From a virus (Duplodnaviria > Heunggongvirae > Uroviricota > Caudoviricetes), in the IMG/VR virus record IMGVR_UViG_2617270985_000008: a DNA stretch of 20,058 nt. The stretch is one strand, 5' to 3'. A program made the translations under genes and the position numbers. The notes under the pieces were generated by a model. It made no database searches and had not been told where the DNA came from. It saw only the letters and a program-made list of their open reading frames with translations. Shown here in pieces: positions 16,730 through 20,058 of this stretch (its first letter is position 1; each line of letters opens with the position of its first letter).

Positions 16730-17080
16730 TTATAAAGCAGCCTGTTTAATAAAACTTTGCCCGCGAAGCAGACGATCGACTGTGCGTAGTGCTTCGTACA
16801 ATGTGAAATCCTGCCCGAACTGATTATCGCCGCTGCTTAATGCAAAAATGCGGTTTCCGGTAAACGGATTGTGTGGGCATCTGTGAACCACGATTCCAGC
16901 TTTCTCAATCAGCCAGGTGTGTTCGCCGATTTGTTTTACAGCGTGCCCATCTGGTGTTGCGTGCGTCTCGTTCAGGTTATAGCGGCTGTTACTACGTGAT
17001 GCACTGGTAGCGACGTGGTGTACATGGCGTTCTACGCCATTACGAAATTTGGAGTATGGATTATTAGTGTTTTTTTTCAT
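16730..17080 (-). CDS. Hypothetical prophage early-region protein (116 aa)
   Basis: ORF in operon arrangement; His/Cys-containing; function unknown. Confidence 0.5.
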   Translation of the reverse strand: MKKNTNNPYSKFRNGVERHVHHVATSASRSNSRYNLNETHATPDGHAVKQIGEHTWLIEKAGIVVHRCPHNPFTGNRIFALSSGDNQFGQDFTLYEALRTVDRLLRGQSFIKQAAL

Positions 17081-17101
17081 GATGATGCTCTGTTCATTGT
17101 T

Positions 17102-17305
17102 TTAGCTGTTAGCCAAAGCGTCTTTTAACATCGCCACAAGGTTTACTTCAGGCTTTTCCATTTTGGCGCGTTTGGGGCGGATAATAATTCGACCGTCAGC
17201 CAACATCTTTTTGCATGTATTAAGAGGGATACCTGTTATCTCTGCATATTTCTGCAGGGATACATAGGGGGCATTCACATTGATATTGATGGTTATACCT
17301 GACAT
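17102..17305 (-). CDS. Cox/Apl-like small DNA-binding protein (putative excisionase/regulator)
   Basis: 67 aa; the segment PYVSLQKYAEITGIPLNTCKKMLADGRI resembles the HTH region of P2 Cox (PYQEFAKLIGKSTGAVRRMIDKGKLP); position in the early operon fits. Confidence 0.55.
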   Translation of the reverse strand: MSGITININVNAPYVSLQKYAEITGIPLNTCKKMLADGRIIIRPKRAKMEKPEVNLVAMLKDALANS

Positions 17306-17321
17306 CCCACTAGCCTCCTGA

Positions 17322-17528
17322 TCAGGAAGATTTGTTTTGTTCTTTCTGGGTTAGCTCTAGGCCGCGAAGGAAGATCATGCGCGCCATGTTAGAGGATGAG
17401 CGTTGTTCTTTAGCTGCCATTTCATCAATGACGGCTCGCTCCTCGAGGGACAGCCGAAGTGCCAGTCTTGGACCTGTGGCGGTGTTACGCGGAATGCGTG
17501 ATCTGGTATCGTGAAGAACTTGTTTCAT
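17322..17528 (-). CDS. Ribbon-helix-helix (Arc/CopG-like) DNA-binding protein, first gene of the leftward early operon
   Basis: 68 aa; RLALRLSLEERAVIDEMAAKEQRSSSNMARMIFLRGLE fits a beta-strand/helix/helix RHH fold; divergent from the XRE repressor across a 75-bp control region. Confidence 0.5.
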   Translation of the reverse strand: MKQVLHDTRSRIPRNTATGPRLALRLSLEERAVIDEMAAKEQRSSSNMARMIFLRGLELTQKEQNKSS

Positions 17529-17570
17529 AGTGGTATATTGTGATCATCTAATAGCTCGTGAAATCATTTT

Positions 17571-17588
17571 GGTATCAAAAAAGATACC
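17571..17588. promoter_or_regulatory. Candidate operator: perfect inverted repeat GGTATC-AAAAAA-GATACC in the divergent control region
   Basis: Lies in the 75-bp interval between the RHH and repressor start codons; a further GGTATA half-site at 17532-17537 and a TGATCA palindrome at 17541-17546. Confidence 0.4.
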
Positions 17589-17603
17589 TGTAAAGGTTTT
17601 TGT

Positions 17604-18008
17604 ATGAAAAATGATATTGGTCAGCGGTTGCGTGAGGAAAGGGAAAGATTGGGACTTAGTCAAGTTGCCATGAGCGACATTGGTGGAGTCAAAAAGCTAA
17701 CTCAGCTTAGATATGAGAAAGGAGATAGCTTTCCTGATGCTGCGTATTTGGCAGCGCTGTCTCGTTTTGGCCTTGATGTTCAGTATGTTGTGTTGGGAAT
17801 TCACTCACCTGAAACTTATAACGATGATGAGCAGGAGTTGATTACTCGCTTTCGAGCAGCTTCGTTAGATGTGAAAAACGCGGTGATCGGGGCTTTAAAA
17901 GGTGCGATCAGTGAAAAGGAAACTCAGCCATCAGGACGTGAGTTAAATATTTCTGGTGGTAATAACCGTATCGCTGGTCGTGACTATAACGAAACTAAGG
18001 GTAGGTGA
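17604..18008 (+). CDS. XRE-family helix-turn-helix repressor (P2 C / CI-like immunity repressor)
   Basis: 134 aa; N-terminal IGQRLREERERLGLSQVAMSD…YEKG is a canonical HTH_XRE; first gene of the operon ending in int, as in P2 (C-int). The C-terminus carries the GGNNRIAGRDYNE motif. Confidence 0.75.
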   Translation: MKNDIGQRLREERERLGLSQVAMSDIGGVKKLTQLRYEKGDSFPDAAYLAALSRFGLDVQYVVLGIHSPETYNDDEQELITRFRAASLDVKNAVIGALKGAISEKETQPSGRELNISGGNNRIAGRDYNETKGR

Positions 18009-18023
18009 TAGTAGGGAGGTGAC

Positions 18024-18674
18024 ATGGCCGTCAACTCAAACGGTTCAAACAATCGCGTTGCTGGGCGTGATTTTCACGAAAAGAAAATTCAGATAGAGCG
18101 ATATGATGGTTCTCATACCGTCAATATCGCAATCCCTTCGAATAATGATGATGACGATCGCCCTTTGCTTAAGGCTCAGCGTAAGGAGCTAAATAGCTTG
18201 GTTGCTGCTATTGCAGAAGCTAGCAATACTGAAGCGTTTATTATTTGGCAAAAAGTACATGCGGAGATTGGTGTAGCTGGTATTGATGATATGACAGTAA
18301 ATCAATATAAAACAGCGGAGAGTTTTCTGCATGCAATGCTTGAGCGATGTAAAGATCATGATGCCTGTAAGACTCTTGTAAGTTTATTACTACGTAACAG
18401 TGAAGACTGTGGACTTCGACAAAAACTTCTGCGGTATTGCCATATCAATTTCGGTACAGGACGTTTAAACGATCTTACTCGTTCTCAGTTACAGTCTGCA
18501 TTGTCGTGGTTAGAGCAACAATCGGCATCAAGTCACACAGAGAGTTCGGCCTTACCAGAAGTTCGACTTCGTGCTTCAGAATTAATCCGACTTTATCCAA
18601 AAGAAATAATATTCTTTATCTGCGTAGGGGTTTTGGTAGGCGGTGCCATTTCTAGGGTGTTTTTTAATTTGTAA
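18024..18674 (+). CDS. Hypothetical tail-anchored membrane protein (216 aa) sharing an N-terminal motif with the repressor C-terminus
   Basis: Strong SD GGGAGG 4 nt before the ATG; N-terminus NGSNNRVAGRDFHE repeats the repressor C-terminal motif; C-terminal TM helix IIFFICVGVLVGGAI. Same reading frame as the repressor, separated by TGA-TAG-TAG. Confidence 0.6.
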   Translation: MAVNSNGSNNRVAGRDFHEKKIQIERYDGSHTVNIAIPSNNDDDDRPLLKAQRKELNSLVAAIAEASNTEAFIIWQKVHAEIGVAGIDDMTVNQYKTAESFLHAMLERCKDHDACKTLVSLLLRNSEDCGLRQKLLRYCHINFGTGRLNDLTRSQLQSALSWLEQQSASSHTESSALPEVRLRASELIRLYPKEIIFFICVGVLVGGAISRVFFNL

Positions 18675-18703
18675 TCTTACTTGAGCTAAATTGAGGTAAT
18701 GAT

Positions 18704-19051
18704 ATGAAAGTAAAAAAGGTTCAACTATTAGTTACTTTTTTATCTATGTTTTCTTTTTCCGCCGTCGCAATGCCTTTTAAAACTATTGAACGTGAGAGTT
18801 TCAATGGGGTATGGCCATTTAATACTGATGAGGTTCAATTACAGTGTCTTGATGGTAATCCTTATGTGATGAATTTTGACGATAATAAGTTATATGCGCT
18901 TACAGGTTTAGCTCGAATAAAAGGTAAAACATTTGGTGCGTTACCGTTAGATAACAATAATCCATTTTGGCTAGATAATGATGCCGCCCCAGGGTTAAAA
19001 AAGAGTCTGGGGGATGTCACTAAGGCTGCATTTGATTTATGTGATAAGTAA
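18704..19051 (+). CDS. Hypothetical secreted/periplasmic protein (115 aa, signal peptide)
   Basis: MKVKKVQLLVTFLSMFSFSAVA signal peptide; mature protein with two Cys (possible disulfide); SD GAGG 7 nt upstream; AT-rich. Confidence 0.6.
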   Translation: MKVKKVQLLVTFLSMFSFSAVAMPFKTIERESFNGVWPFNTDEVQLQCLDGNPYVMNFDDNKLYALTGLARIKGKTFGALPLDNNNPFWLDNDAAPGLKKSLGDVTKAAFDLCDK

Positions 19052-19056
19052 CTAAA

Positions 19057-20058
19057 ATGTCGGTTCGTAAGATTCCATCAGGTAAATGGCTTTGCGAATG
19101 TTATCCCTACGGGGCATCGGGAAAACGCATTCGTAAACAGTTTGCGACAAAAAGTGAGGCGCTCTCTTATGAGCGCCGTTTAATGAATAGTAGAGTTGGA
19201 GACGAGTTTCAAGATGGTTCTGGTCCTCGTCTTTCTGAGTTGATTGCTCGTTGGTTTGAGATGTACGGTAAAACCTTGTCCTCTGGTGCAGAGCGCAAAG
19301 TCAAACTTGAGGCGATTTGTTCCAGGCTGGGGGATCCATTTGCTTCTCAGTTTGACAAAAATATGTTTGCTACTTATCGGGAAAGAAGGCTATCAGGAGA
19401 ATGGAATCCCAAGGGGAAGAAAAAACTTAGTGAAGCAACCGTTAATCGCGAGCAGTCATATCTACATGCTGTTTTTGCCGAACTGAAGCGCCTTGGGGAG
19501 TGGTCTGGTGAAAACCCCCTGACTGGTATTCGCAAGTTTCGTGAGGAAGAAAAGGAACTGGCGTTTCTGTATGTAGATGAGATTGAACGCCTTCTGATTG
19601 CGTGTGATGAGTCACGGAATAAAGATTTGGGGGTTGTTGTCCGTATTGGGCTTGCGACTGGTGCTCGGTGGAGTGAAGCTGAAGGATTAAAGCAATCTCA
19701 AGTACTGCCCGGTCGAATCACATTTGTTAAAACTAAAGGAAAGAAGAACCGCACTGTACCGATTTCACCTCAATTGCAGGCTATGCTTCCTCAAAAACGA
19801 GGAGCGCTATTTTCACCATGTTATGAGGCTTTTGACGCTGCAATTAAGAGAGCGAAGATCGAGCTTCCTGATGGGCAATTAACTCATGTGCTACGTCACA
19901 CGTTTGCCAGTCATTTTATGATGCGGGGCGGAAATATTCTTGTGTTGCAAAAAATACTGGGGCATAGCGATATAAAAATGACTATGCGTTATGCGCATTT
20001 TGCTCCAGGTCATTTAGAGGCTGCTGTTGAATTGAACCCTTTTGACAATAGAGGGTAA
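19057..20058 (+). CDS. int: Tyrosine recombinase, P2-type phage integrase
   Basis: 333 aa; matches to P2 Int throughout (GKRIRKQF.TKSEA…, RLSEL, GLATGARW.EA, ITFVKTKGKKNRTVPIS, HVLRHTFASHFMMRGGNILVLQKILGHSDIKMTMRYAHFAP). The window ends at its TAA. Confidence 0.9.
   Translation: MSVRKIPSGKWLCECYPYGASGKRIRKQFATKSEALSYERRLMNSRVGDEFQDGSGPRLSELIARWFEMYGKTLSSGAERKVKLEAICSRLGDPFASQFDKNMFATYRERRLSGEWNPKGKKKLSEATVNREQSYLHAVFAELKRLGEWSGENPLTGIRKFREEEKELAFLYVDEIERLLIACDESRNKDLGVVVRIGLATGARWSEAEGLKQSQVLPGRITFVKTKGKKNRTVPISPQLQAMLPQKRGALFSPCYEAFDAAIKRAKIELPDGQLTHVLRHTFASHFMMRGGNILVLQKILGHSDIKMTMRYAHFAPGHLEAAVELNPFDNRG

Larger units (their letters stand above)
2343..20058. mobile_element. Defective, rearranged P2-family prophage (right end beyond the window)
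   Basis: ogr at one end and C-like repressor plus int at the other, with D, FI, FII, E/E', T, U, G, H, I, a J remnant and a Q remnant between; capsid, terminase, lysis, baseplate V/W and replication genes absent. The left boundary is uncertain and could lie anywhere between about 1080 and 2343. Confidence 0.8.

Overview
This window looks like an Escherichia/Enterobacteriaceae chromosome: an intact pgsA, the glyW-cysT-leuZ tRNA operon, and then a defective P2-family prophage that fills the rest of the window and ends exactly at the integrase stop codon. All calls are from reading the sequence and ORF translations by eye against remembered P2 proteins; no searches were run. The prophage keeps ogr, tail gene D, sheath FI, tube FII, the E/E' frameshifted chaperone, tape measure T, U, tail fibre H with its assembly protein, baseplate I, an XRE repressor, a Cox-like protein and a P2-type integrase. 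It is rearranged: the FI-FII-E-T-U block is inverted relative to every other phage gene, baseplate gene J has lost its N-terminus and is fused head-to-head to a C-terminally truncated portal gene Q, and the capsid, terminase, lysis and replication genes are absent. AT-rich cargo sits at the junctions: a 379-aa SEC-C-motif protein between D and ogr, a hexapeptide-repeat acetyltransferase with its own promoter and terminator at the Z/fun position, and a membrane-anchored protein plus a secreted protein between the repressor and int. A Hok/Gef-family type I toxin ORF (not in the ORF track) lies just beyond ogr, and a 37-aa hydrophobic peptide ORF is coupled to the end of the early operon. The best candidates for an undescribed system are the SEC-C protein and the repressor-to-int cassette, whose first two genes share a peptide motif and are in frame across a triple stop. 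No CRISPR array, rRNA or transposase was seen.
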